This document shows positions 12,121 to 21,773 of a stretch of DNA of 64,000 bases, one piece after another (the first letter of the stretch is position 1; every line of letters begins with the position of its first letter). The notes beneath the pieces were generated by a model. That model was not told the DNA's origin. It saw only the letters and a program-made list of their open reading frames with translations, and ran no database searches. The DNA is from Auanema rhodensis (Eukaryota; Animalia; Nematoda), in assembly GCA_964057225.1 (NCBI GenBank), contig OZ059897.1, positions 10,354,001 to 10,418,000 on the forward strand, written 5' to 3'. The translations under genes were made by a program, and so were the position numbers.

Positions 12121-12654
12121 TTAAAAGCCCCATTTAAAATGCAACTGTCTCACAAATTCTATAGGCTGTGAGATGGGCTCATCGCTAGGCTCTAAATACT
12201 GCGAATACACCGAATCCGCAGAGGTCCTTAGCAATAAGCCCATAGGAGACTGTTCATAAAATAAATAAATTTTAAACAAAATTTTAGACATATAATCATA
12301 AAAATCATGAGACTTATGCTCATACCAATTCCAAGGGGATGCGACCAGATTTGGGTTTTCATACCAATGCGCGCACAAGTCGGTGAGGCACCATCGCCGG
12401 ATAGCTGCAACCTCATCCGCTATTTCCTGCATTAGGGAGAAGTTTACTAATCCCCTTCCCAGATAATGCATCTTTAAATCCTCAATAAACTAAAAATTCT
12501 TATTAAGATAACATGTTTCTTTGTTTTAACCAACCATCTTAATTATGTCTGGGTGCGGCCTATAAGCTAACACTTCGTCTTGATCATACAAGACGAGGTC
12601 AGCGTACAGCTTCCTCAAGACAAAAGTCATTCCCGATAGACCTTCATAAGCCAT
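12121..12654 (-). CDS. Predicted two-exon antisense accessory gene of element B, 162 aa, unknown function
   Basis: Exon 1 12654-12535 (MAYEGLSG...DIIKM), a 45-nt intron 12534-12490 (GTTGGT...TTTTTAG, with an in-frame stop), and exon 2 12489-12121 in frame with the 116-aa ORF. AATAAA at 12104-12099. Confidence 0.7.
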
Positions 12655-13067
12655 TCTTTGATTTATTTTTTTTTTTCAGCTCTACAAATATAAAGATTCT
12701 TATGCATAAAAAGGGGACATAAAACGACTGAAAATCTCTCTCATACTTTCAAGAATTCAATTAGAGTAAAGTATTAAGATTGAGGCTAGAAAGAGCGAAG
12801 ACCAAAAAAAATTTATAATTGATGAACATCTGTGAAATAGAATAAAGAAAAGAGAATACGGTAGATAGGCGGAGCCAGATCTCAGGCCAAGATTTTAAAA
12901 CTCTTTCTCATCTAATAACGATTCTCGGCGAAAGACGCCACGTCTCAATCTTCAAACGTTTCTTACTTTTCCTATAACCGACCCGAATTTCTTGTCACTC
13001 ATTCAACGTCAACATCCCCCATATAACGAAACACTCGCGGTTTTTCCGAACCAAGAGTGATTCCAAA

Positions 13068-16000
13068 GTGGCACGAAGATACTCTTCGGCCGTCCCTGCT
13101 CTATACCCTTCTGAGTCCAGTGACGACATCGCAGTCGCCAGTCGAACCAGAAGCCGCACTCGACTCCTCAGTGTTCAGATTGAAGAGCCTGAACAAGAGG
13201 TAAAACCCAAAGTCGAGAAAACCTTCATTCCTCGAGAAGGCACGTATTCACCTCCGGACAACACCGAGGAGGACCCTGATTTCTATATTCAGGACTACAA
13301 TATTCAAACTTCAGCTTCAACTCCAAAGGTACACTCTTTTAAAAGTAATAAAAAGATTCAAAAAATTCAAAAACCAAAACAAATAACCTCTAATACTTCA
13401 CCAGCCACTCCCCACCTAAACTTATCAACTTTATCAGTTAATACTGATAACGATCTTGCATCTTCTTTTGAACTAACTCTAACACCGCAGGCATTTTCCA
13501 CTCCGATAGAAAACTCACAACTTAATAAAACCTCATCTCTCACTATTCGCAAATCACCCTTATCAGTTATCACTGATAAGCTTGATTCGAAAAAGCTTGA
13601 TTCTAAAAAAATTAATAAAAGAAAAACTAATACACCGCGTAGGCGCTCAACCTCTAATAATCCCGTAGAACCAAATCAGGAAATTACCGAAGTTTTGCCC
13701 TTATCACTAACTACTGATAAGTTCAAAAGTAAGAAATCTTTAACAGCTCGCTTAATAAAAGTTTTGAATTTGTCTCCAGGGGAGGTAACAACAGAACAAG
13801 TTGATAACTCTCTTCACGTATCCTCCAACCCAACCCTTAATAAGTCAGATAGCGCTATACCCAGCTCAAGCGTATCAATACATTCGACGCCTCAGGCAAC
13901 GAGTCGAATTATCAAACTCCCAGGGAAGCGGTTCTCCTCAGCCGCCCCTACCATTAGTTATCCAACATCTGGTAACTCGAAAAAGGGAGGTAAGAATTTA
14001 ACGGCGAGAAGCTCAGGCAGTAAAGGGATTACGTCATCTCGCACATACCCTGAGGATATACCAACCATGACGGAGACACCACGTCTTCCGGGAGCTGGTA
14101 AATCTACCATTGCGCACGCATTAAGCTCACCTTATTGCCCCATATACGACGGAAGTCGTAACTTTAGAGATTTCGTGGCAAAGTTTAATACCTTTTCTAA
14201 CGCCTTAGGCTTAGTGATGCCCGAAAGACTAACTATTTTACCATTACTATTGAAAAATGATAGAGCAGAGGAAGCTTATTTAGAGCTACCTGACAAGGTC
14301 AGAACTGCTGGACCTTGGGTTACCCTAATAGAAGAGTTAACATCCAAGCTGTGTCCCGAATACAATCAAGACCCTGCCCTTATCACACTTCAAAACAGCA
14401 CTCAAGGCGATTTATCAATTGATGGTTTTGCACAAACGTTAAGAAACCTCAGCTTAAATGCTTTCTCTAATAGTGATACTCATAAAGATCACATTCTGAG
14501 GTCCACATTTTTGAGAGGCTTGAAAAATACGATACGCCCAGGGGTAATTCGAGCAAAACCCAAAACTTTTGCTGAGGCTGTTGATAGTGCTCGCTGGGAG
14601 GAATCAATTGCAAACCAAGTAGCAGACCCTCAGGCGCTATTGGTTAACGCAATTGAAAGAACTTTCCCCCCGCGCAGAAACAATGGTGGGAGAGGTATGG
14701 CAAGAGGTTATCAATCTTTTAATAATAAAAATTATCAAAATTATAATAATTATAACAATTATCATCCAAACTTTCAAAACAATCAAAATTATCATAAATT
14801 TTCAAAAAATCAAAAAGGCTGGAATTTCCAAAACCCATTTGCTAGGAACCGCAATTTTGGTGACCGCGGTCGAAATTATCAGAATCAAAATCAAAATGGG
14901 TATCAAAGAAGCCATAATGCATCACAAAATCAAGAAATGAGCAATAATAGACAGAGAAATAACAGTACCTTTAGGGGAAATAACAACAATAGAGGCAGAG
15001 GTAGAGGCTCAAGAGTCAATAATTTGACTCTGATATCTCCTTTGACTTTAGCCGTAGCTTTATCAGTAATCTTATCACTGGTTACAACAGCTGAAGCATA
15101 CCAGCTATGTACTAAAGCTACTGGAGGAGCCCTTCTCCGTCCCCCATCTCTCCGAAAATGCTTATTACCACCAATAAAGCATATCTTACGAACAAAAGTT
15201 CATCTTTATACAAGGAATCAAACGGCACATGAATGGGATGCATGGAGATGCTCCAAAGAAATTCATAAAATGTGTATCAGAGACCTTTTGTTCCTTAGAG
15301 ATACCAATACAACGATAGCGAGAATTGAAAAGATACCAGCTGCAGAATGCAGACTGGCAGTGAGAGATAGAAGATGGAATTGGAGTGAATTAAAGAAGAT
15401 CGACAGCATAACATATGCAACTGACGAGCCTTCCTTCTCGCCAGGCCGATCTTTTAATAATGAGCTATGTGAAGAGAAAGCCAGATTGGTTATCGAAAGA
15501 GGGGTTATGACACGGATGCCAGATGAAACTATAATCTCCAATTTAATACTAAATACTGAAGGATGCTTAGCGCATCATGGAGAATGTGCATCAGATACCT
15601 CAATCATCATATGGGAGAAACAGCCTTATGAATATCGATGCAACTATATCGACATGAGTGAATATGATGTGATAATTGGAGACGGCATTATTCTGTTACC
15701 AACCACTCAATCAGCCCTTGTAATCGATCAAAAAGAGATACCGAAGCAAATATCTTCTTGTTTTAAACAGCCAATCTTCCACACCACAACTGGCAATTAC
15801 ATTCTCTTACCACAGTACCCAAATGACACCAATATCCATGTTTTAATAGAGAGAGAATATAAGAAACTTCCGGCGAAAAGAGATAAAAGAGCAATTGCGG
15901 AATGCACGGTTGAATTAAACAAGGAGTGGATACAAAAACAGGAAGATTTTGAAACTTTAATATTAAATATTTGTCCTTATCCTTTCTTACGACCGGTGAT

Positions 16001-19000
16001 GAGTAATCCTGGTATTTATCAGATAATACCGCTTATAAAGGCCAGACGAGCTGTCAACCCTTCATATTCAATTATTGACTGGGTTTCAGCACATCCCGAG
16101 AAGTTTTATTTCTTCTTAAGAAGTCCCGTATCTGATAAATCCATACAACGTTTCCTTCAAACATACGAAATACACGACCCTGAGGAAGCAATACTTTATT
16201 TTCTTGCGCAAAAGGAACTGGCAGCAACCACTCGCGGCGCTATACGGTATTTAACCTCACAACAATTATTAGAACAGATAGGTGACAGATTAACAGCACA
16301 CGAATTTGACGAAAAACTGCTAGAAAAAGACGGATCCTACCGTGAAAGAGCCGAAAGCATAGCGATGGAGTTAGCTTATACACCGGTAATATTTGAAAAC
16401 AATCTGTCGGTACCATCAAGGCAAGAGGTTTTAAAATCCTTTGTGAACATGCCGCCGATCCGACCAACTCTAACAACTGACAATGCTGATGAGCGTATAG
16501 TACTTAGAAACACTCTTTACTTATACCATAACTTGATGACATTGCGAGTAATAAGGCCAAATAAAACAGCAGCAGCCGTAGATGATGAAAAGTTCCGACA
16601 ATTAACAATCAATGTGCCAGATACCAACAAATTATATCGAGATAAAGATTCTAACTACGGTATATCGATAGGGCCCCACCCTCGCATTCAAAACCCAAGC
16701 GCAGATACACGCCAGCTACTTATAAAAACATTTTTACCACTGTTAGAGGATATTGAAACACCGCCTTATCTGACTAGAAGACTGTCATTAACGACAACAA
16801 CGGACAAACCCGCTTCACTAGTTCAGGAGACAACTAAAAGCCATACGACTCGGATTCCGACGACAACCACAGTTGAGACGACAACAGCCGCGATAACTAC
16901 GACTCTCTCGCCAACAACATTAGCAACAGTCACTGACACGGCGTCACGAATCTTAAGGAAACAAAGAACATCATCTCCACCCGTAGAAACCAGAGAAATT
17001 CAGGCTCAGGCAACGTATACAGCGTCAAAAGTGAACAACGAAATACAATTCAACCTCAACGTATCTCGCAGAATAGCTCAAGATCATCTACAATATACAA
17101 CAACACTCATACAAGAAGAGCTACAGAAACATTTCATGGAATCTTATGAATCCATATGTGAGATTCAAAATAGATACCTCGAGCTATGGCGTTCTATTTT
17201 ACACATAGAACCTACAATAGCAATGAGGACTATTTTAGGAAGAGAGGATATTGCAGCCCGTTTCGTAGGCAGCGATATAGTTCATGTTCATATATGCCTA
17301 CCTCTTCAACCTAAAGCTGTTTATCATAATCATAAGATCAATGATACATGCTATTTGGAAACACCAGTAATAACAGAAGATGAGAGATTATATTTTGCTG
17401 CTCCAGGATCAAGAGACTTATTAACACATGGAAAAGAGATAGATTGCGAACATGTACCCACAGATGTATACTATCAAAATGGAGAATGGATAAATATAAA
17501 TGGATCGGTTGAAGTAAAACCAATATCACTCTTTGATAAAGCGCAATACCACCAATTAACACCTTTAAAGTTCACAGGCGCTAACTTATACACCAATTTA
17601 TCATTGAGAGTTTACTCAATGTCAACAGCTATTGCATATGGAGCAAGTTTAGCATCCATACGACAGAACCATGTTTTACATACTATTCACAACGATCCAA
17701 AAATTACGTCCGCCTTTAATCTTTTGAAAAAGGGCAGTGACTATATCTCTAAAGCAGCTGAGTTCACAACTTCCGCCTGGACTAGCGTAAAGCAATTTCT
17801 AATAGGATCAATTGAGAGAACACTCATCTTCATAGGATCAATGGTTACGATTGCCGCAGTATTAATAATTCTTTTCGTTGTTGCTAAATTTTGGTTCTTC
17901 AGAGCCACTCCACTAACCGTAATGCATGTCCACGAAATAGATAATGAGCCCCCAAGCTATGAAGAAACATTGGAACTTGTAAGCCGCCCAGACCAACAGA
18001 TGCCAGATAACATCATGAAGCAATACTATCCTGCTTTAGTAACATTTATTCCAATCGCAATACCATTTGTTGCTTCTATTGTATCAGCGGAAACAAAGTT
18101 ACCATTAATATATATATCAGTTGAAGATAAACTGATTTTAGCTTTATGGGATTCAGGCTCATCAGTGTCATATGTTAGGCTCTCCACCCTCAAATATCTG
18201 AACATGGCCGAAAATGTCAAGAAGAGACATTTAGTAGCGATGGCAGCCAACAAGTCCACTTTCACATTTTATGGAAAGATAAATCTTGTAATTGAAATTG
18301 CCGGTTACGAGATCGAACACACCTTTTTGGTCTCAAACGATCATGACTGTCCTGCTCCCGCTTTAATTGGACTAGATTTCATGAAAGCGCTTGACAGCGA
18401 AAACATCGACGTCAGCCTTAAACCATCCAAGAAGAGGTTGGAGATTGGAAACAATGCCATCCCATTAATAGGAAACGAATCTATTAAGCATACGGAGATA
18501 ACTGTGAATATCATTAATTTAAGAACAAAAACATTAAAGCCTGATGAAGAGGCACCTATCCCAATAAAGACAGATAAACCACTAGAATCTAACGAAGTGG
18601 TTGTCTTAGGGGATAGTGGAAGCGCATTAAAATCATTATATCCAACTGCGTTTCGTGATACCAGTGGAGTATATGTTATGTTCCGTAACAATACCGATGA
18701 AACAATAGCTATGGAAGCTAATTCAGTCATCGGACAGGCAATAATTGGAGAAATTCCGGCTTGTGAACCCTTTAAGCATAAGCCAATTCTACCATATGTT
18801 CCGCCAGAGGCCGATTGGGAGAGTAAACTACCATATTTTCCAAGAGACTTCATAAAAGATCTTGATCTAGAGAATGCTGATCTCACGAAAGAAGAAAAAC
18901 ATGAGCTTACAAAAATAATTGAAAGCCATCGTGAGGCATTTCTTAACGAGGACAGGAAAATAGGCTTATTTAAAGGTCCTATAGAGCATACCATACCATT

Positions 19001-21773
19001 GAGAACAGATATGGATATGCCAAAGCCGAGAATAACACGTATTCCCTTAGGAAAACAGGAAGAAATTGAAAAACAAGTCAAAGAAATGCTTGAGCAAGGC
19101 ATAATAGAGCCTTCTACATCTCTATTTAATAGCCCTGTAGTACTAGTTAAGAAGAAAGATGACACGTATAGGTTTGTGACAGATTTTCGAGCTTTAAATA
19201 ATGTCACACGCAAGCAAACTTATGTCATTCCAAGCATTTCTGACATAGTTGATTTGGCAGCAGGCGCCCAATTTTTCTCAAACTTCGATTTAGTGTCAGG
19301 ATTTTTTCAAATATCCTTGAGAAAATCAGATCGACCACTAACAGCATTTACGACCACATCCGGCACATACCAGTACAAACGGATGCCGATGGGCCTTTGT
19401 GGAGCCCCTCATACCTTTCAAACAGCAGTAAGGTATTTGCAAAGTAAATGTTCTTGTAAACTATTTGTTTATTTGGACGATCTATTAGTTATATCTGATA
19501 CAAGAGAACAACATCTCAAAGATATCGATGATTTACTGCAAGCAGTAGAAGAATTGGGAATGAAGATAAAGCTTAAGAAATGCGCTTTTGCTCAACCAGA
19601 AGTGAAATTTCTAGGACTTATTGTAGGACGTCAAGGTATAAAACCTGACCCTCAAAAAGTCGCCGCCATACAAGATTATCCGGCACCAAAGAATGCAACA
19701 GGTGTACGAGCATTCTTGGGAATGGTTGGATTCTTTCGCAAATTCATGAAAGATTTTGCACGTATCGCAAGCCCTTTATACGATCTGACAAAGGCAGATA
19801 CTGAATTCAAATGGGAAAACAAACATCAAGAAGCTTTAGACCTCCTTAAAAGAAGTTTAATACAGGCACCCGTTTTAAGCCCACCTAAATCGGACCGCTT
19901 GTTTATAGTTGAAAGCGACGGTAGTAACATCGCCATAGGTGCTGTATTATTACAACCGGAAGATCCAAAACAACCTCTGAAAAATCTACACCCTATCGCA
20001 TTTGCAAGCAGAAAACTAGTTAAAGCCGAACGTAACTACGCACCAATCGAGATAGAAGCATTAGGCCTTGTATATGCATTAAATCAATTCCGTACATACA
20101 TTCTTGGAACTCATACTATATGTATTACGGACCATCGACCTCTTACCAGCTTAATGACACGCAGAGACTTATTTGGTCGTCTTGCGAAGTTCCAGCTGGT
20201 CATCCAAGAATATGATATTGAAATAAAATATCGCGCAGGCCAATTAAATAAAGTATGCGATGCTCTATCTCGATATATAGGTGAAGAAGCTAACGATGCT
20301 AAGCCGGAAACAAAGAAGAAGAAAATGGAAGAAATTCACATTAACGCCATAAATACACCAACAATAAAGGAAATTCAACTAAGCACCCCTTGGATTAAAC
20401 GGACGATAGCGGAGATTGAATATAGAGCACAAAAGAACATGACAGCTAATGACAGATATTGTGTCATAAATGACTTGCTCTATACAAAACCAACAGACAA
20501 AAAGCCACAACCCGCTATCGTAATACCACAAGAACACCCCATAATTGAGGAAATAATCAAAGTTTTTCATGAGGATCCTACAATTGCAGCACATCAAGGA
20601 ATTATTAAAACAAAAGAAGCAATTCTAAGAAGATTCTATTGGACAAATATGCAGAACGACATTACTATATTCATCAAGAACTGCATTAAATGTGCTCAAA
20701 GAAAAAAAGATCCACATTCCATGACGGTACAACCAATAGGTCATTTTGAGATACCAAGCAAGCCATTTGAACGAGTCCACATGGACGTAATGGGACCATT
20801 TCCCCCTTCAAAAAGAAACTGTACCTACGTCATTACCATGCAAGACGCATTTACAAAATGGTCAACAACAATTGCTGTACCACAAATAACAACGGAAATC
20901 ACAATTGATCGATTTCTAAGACATTTCGTTTACATTTTTGGACCACCCCATCGCTTGATCACCGATAGAGGTTCAAACTTTGTATCTAAAAAGTTCGAAG
21001 AAATGTGTACTAAACTTGGAATCAAACATGAACCAACACTACCACACCAAAAGAACTCAAATGGACAAGTGGAAAGACTTCACCGAACCCTCGAAGAAGG
21101 ATTAACCCACTACTTAAAAGAGGACCTTAGTGACTGGGATACTGTATTACCAAAAATCACTTTTGCTATTAACAATATTCAGCACGCGACTACAGGGATT
21201 GCGCCATACATTGCATTATTCGGTAAAGAATGCAGAATGTCAATGGACGCTGAATTACCAGAAACGATCACCAAAATTCAAGAAATTTCTGAAGAATTAC
21301 TCCAAAGAAGACCAGATATGGACAAGAGAGACGAAATAATAAAGAACCGCATAGCTAAAAATCAAGAAAATGCGAAAAAGAAGAAAGATAGAACGCAAAG
21401 AGCACACCATAGAGACATTCAACCGGGCGACATGGTGATGACGACTATAAAATCACACCAAATCGGCCAAAAGCTTCGGAAAAGCTATGATGGACCATGC
21501 GAAGTCATCAACGTAGAAGGATCAAAAGTTCAAATCAGAAATTCATCAGGAAAACTACAAGATATCCACAAAGATAACTTGAAAATCTTCTCTCCTGCTT
21601 CACAAAACATCTCTTACAACACTCGCGCAAGGTTTCGAGAAAGTCAAGCAGAAGAAGATAGCGACATCGAAATAATAGAAGTGATCAACAGGAACAACAA
21701 GGATAGCATAGATACAGAGCCAGAAGATGAAAATGAAGACGAAATATGGCTTCCGAGGAATGAAGAAGAATAA
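13068..21773 (+). CDS. Gag-Env-Pol polyprotein of element B (2901 aa from GTG; true start uncertain, first ATG at 14067)
   Basis: Gag (YDG, LRSTFLRGL), signal peptide, Cys-rich glycoprotein, TM, protease LWDSGS (18150), RT YLDD (19470), RNase H (ESDGS...EALGL...TDH), and integrase HHCC + D,D,E + YDGP motif. The PR-RT-RH-IN order and motifs fit Ty3/Gypsy. Confidence 0.95.
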   Translation: MARRYSSAVPALYPSESSDDIAVASRTRSRTRLLSVQIEEPEQEVKPKVEKTFIPREGTYSPPDNTEEDPDFYIQDYNIQTSASTPKVHSFKSNKKIQKIQKPKQITSNTSPATPHLNLSTLSVNTDNDLASSFELTLTPQAFSTPIENSQLNKTSSLTIRKSPLSVITDKLDSKKLDSKKINKRKTNTPRRRSTSNNPVEPNQEITEVLPLSLTTDKFKSKKSLTARLIKVLNLSPGEVTTEQVDNSLHVSSNPTLNKSDSAIPSSSVSIHSTPQATSRIIKLPGKRFSSAAPTISYPTSGNSKKGGKNLTARSSGSKGITSSRTYPEDIPTMTETPRLPGAGKSTIAHALSSPYCPIYDGSRNFRDFVAKFNTFSNALGLVMPERLTILPLLLKNDRAEEAYLELPDKVRTAGPWVTLIEELTSKLCPEYNQDPALITLQNSTQGDLSIDGFAQTLRNLSLNAFSNSDTHKDHILRSTFLRGLKNTIRPGVIRAKPKTFAEAVDSARWEESIANQVADPQALLVNAIERTFPPRRNNGGRGMARGYQSFNNKNYQNYNNYNNYHPNFQNNQNYHKFSKNQKGWNFQNPFARNRNFGDRGRNYQNQNQNGYQRSHNASQNQEMSNNRQRNNSTFRGNNNNRGRGRGSRVNNLTLISPLTLAVALSVILSLVTTAEAYQLCTKATGGALLRPPSLRKCLLPPIKHILRTKVHLYTRNQTAHEWDAWRCSKEIHKMCIRDLLFLRDTNTTIARIEKIPAAECRLAVRDRRWNWSELKKIDSITYATDEPSFSPGRSFNNELCEEKARLVIERGVMTRMPDETIISNLILNTEGCLAHHGECASDTSIIIWEKQPYEYRCNYIDMSEYDVIIGDGIILLPTTQSALVIDQKEIPKQISSCFKQPIFHTTTGNYILLPQYPNDTNIHVLIEREYKKLPAKRDKRAIAECTVELNKEWIQKQEDFETLILNICPYPFLRPVMSNPGIYQIIPLIKARRAVNPSYSIIDWVSAHPEKFYFFLRSPVSDKSIQRFLQTYEIHDPEEAILYFLAQKELAATTRGAIRYLTSQQLLEQIGDRLTAHEFDEKLLEKDGSYRERAESIAMELAYTPVIFENNLSVPSRQEVLKSFVNMPPIRPTLTTDNADERIVLRNTLYLYHNLMTLRVIRPNKTAAAVDDEKFRQLTINVPDTNKLYRDKDSNYGISIGPHPRIQNPSADTRQLLIKTFLPLLEDIETPPYLTRRLSLTTTTDKPASLVQETTKSHTTRIPTTTTVETTTAAITTTLSPTTLATVTDTASRILRKQRTSSPPVETREIQAQATYTASKVNNEIQFNLNVSRRIAQDHLQYTTTLIQEELQKHFMESYESICEIQNRYLELWRSILHIEPTIAMRTILGREDIAARFVGSDIVHVHICLPLQPKAVYHNHKINDTCYLETPVITEDERLYFAAPGSRDLLTHGKEIDCEHVPTDVYYQNGEWININGSVEVKPISLFDKAQYHQLTPLKFTGANLYTNLSLRVYSMSTAIAYGASLASIRQNHVLHTIHNDPKITSAFNLLKKGSDYISKAAEFTTSAWTSVKQFLIGSIERTLIFIGSMVTIAAVLIILFVVAKFWFFRATPLTVMHVHEIDNEPPSYEETLELVSRPDQQMPDNIMKQYYPALVTFIPIAIPFVASIVSAETKLPLIYISVEDKLILALWDSGSSVSYVRLSTLKYLNMAENVKKRHLVAMAANKSTFTFYGKINLVIEIAGYEIEHTFLVSNDHDCPAPALIGLDFMKALDSENIDVSLKPSKKRLEIGNNAIPLIGNESIKHTEITVNIINLRTKTLKPDEEAPIPIKTDKPLESNEVVVLGDSGSALKSLYPTAFRDTSGVYVMFRNNTDETIAMEANSVIGQAIIGEIPACEPFKHKPILPYVPPEADWESKLPYFPRDFIKDLDLENADLTKEEKHELTKIIESHREAFLNEDRKIGLFKGPIEHTIPLRTDMDMPKPRITRIPLGKQEEIEKQVKEMLEQGIIEPSTSLFNSPVVLVKKKDDTYRFVTDFRALNNVTRKQTYVIPSISDIVDLAAGAQFFSNFDLVSGFFQISLRKSDRPLTAFTTTSGTYQYKRMPMGLCGAPHTFQTAVRYLQSKCSCKLFVYLDDLLVISDTREQHLKDIDDLLQAVEELGMKIKLKKCAFAQPEVKFLGLIVGRQGIKPDPQKVAAIQDYPAPKNATGVRAFLGMVGFFRKFMKDFARIASPLYDLTKADTEFKWENKHQEALDLLKRSLIQAPVLSPPKSDRLFIVESDGSNIAIGAVLLQPEDPKQPLKNLHPIAFASRKLVKAERNYAPIEIEALGLVYALNQFRTYILGTHTICITDHRPLTSLMTRRDLFGRLAKFQLVIQEYDIEIKYRAGQLNKVCDALSRYIGEEANDAKPETKKKKMEEIHINAINTPTIKEIQLSTPWIKRTIAEIEYRAQKNMTANDRYCVINDLLYTKPTDKKPQPAIVIPQEHPIIEEIIKVFHEDPTIAAHQGIIKTKEAILRRFYWTNMQNDITIFIKNCIKCAQRKKDPHSMTVQPIGHFEIPSKPFERVHMDVMGPFPPSKRNCTYVITMQDAFTKWSTTIAVPQITTEITIDRFLRHFVYIFGPPHRLITDRGSNFVSKKFEEMCTKLGIKHEPTLPHQKNSNGQVERLHRTLEEGLTHYLKEDLSDWDTVLPKITFAINNIQHATTGIAPYIALFGKECRMSMDAELPETITKIQEISEELLQRRPDMDKRDEIIKNRIAKNQENAKKKKDRTQRAHHRDIQPGDMVMTTIKSHQIGQKLRKSYDGPCEVINVEGSKVQIRNSSGKLQDIHKDNLKIFSPASQNISYNTRARFRESQAEEDSDIEIIEVINRNNKDSIDTEPEDENEDEIWLPRNEEE
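15024..17900 (+). other. env: Env domain of B: signal peptide, class III (gB-like) fusogen ectodomain and TM anchor
   Basis: Signal ...LAVALSVILSLVTTAEA|YQLC. Motif CEIQNRYLELW...P...GR..IAARFVGSD...C...CY..P. Furin-type sites RDKR and RKQR, several N-x-S/T sequons, TM LIFIGSMVTIAAVLIILFVV. Confidence 0.8.

Noticed and set aside
18341-19213. 290-aa antisense ORF over PR/RT of B, with a 150-aa counterpart at 47352-47804 in D
   Set aside because: It is codon-aligned antisense to a conserved coding region, so similarity is expected. Its extent differs between B and D and it has no independent gene signals.
13068-21773. Assignment to BEL/Pao (Tas-like) because of the gB-like env
   Set aside because: RT (YLDD, MPMGL), RNase H (ESDGS, FASRKL, TDH) and the GPF/Y-type integrase tail are Ty3/Gypsy-like, and the triple Cys-His Gag motif of BEL/Pao is absent.
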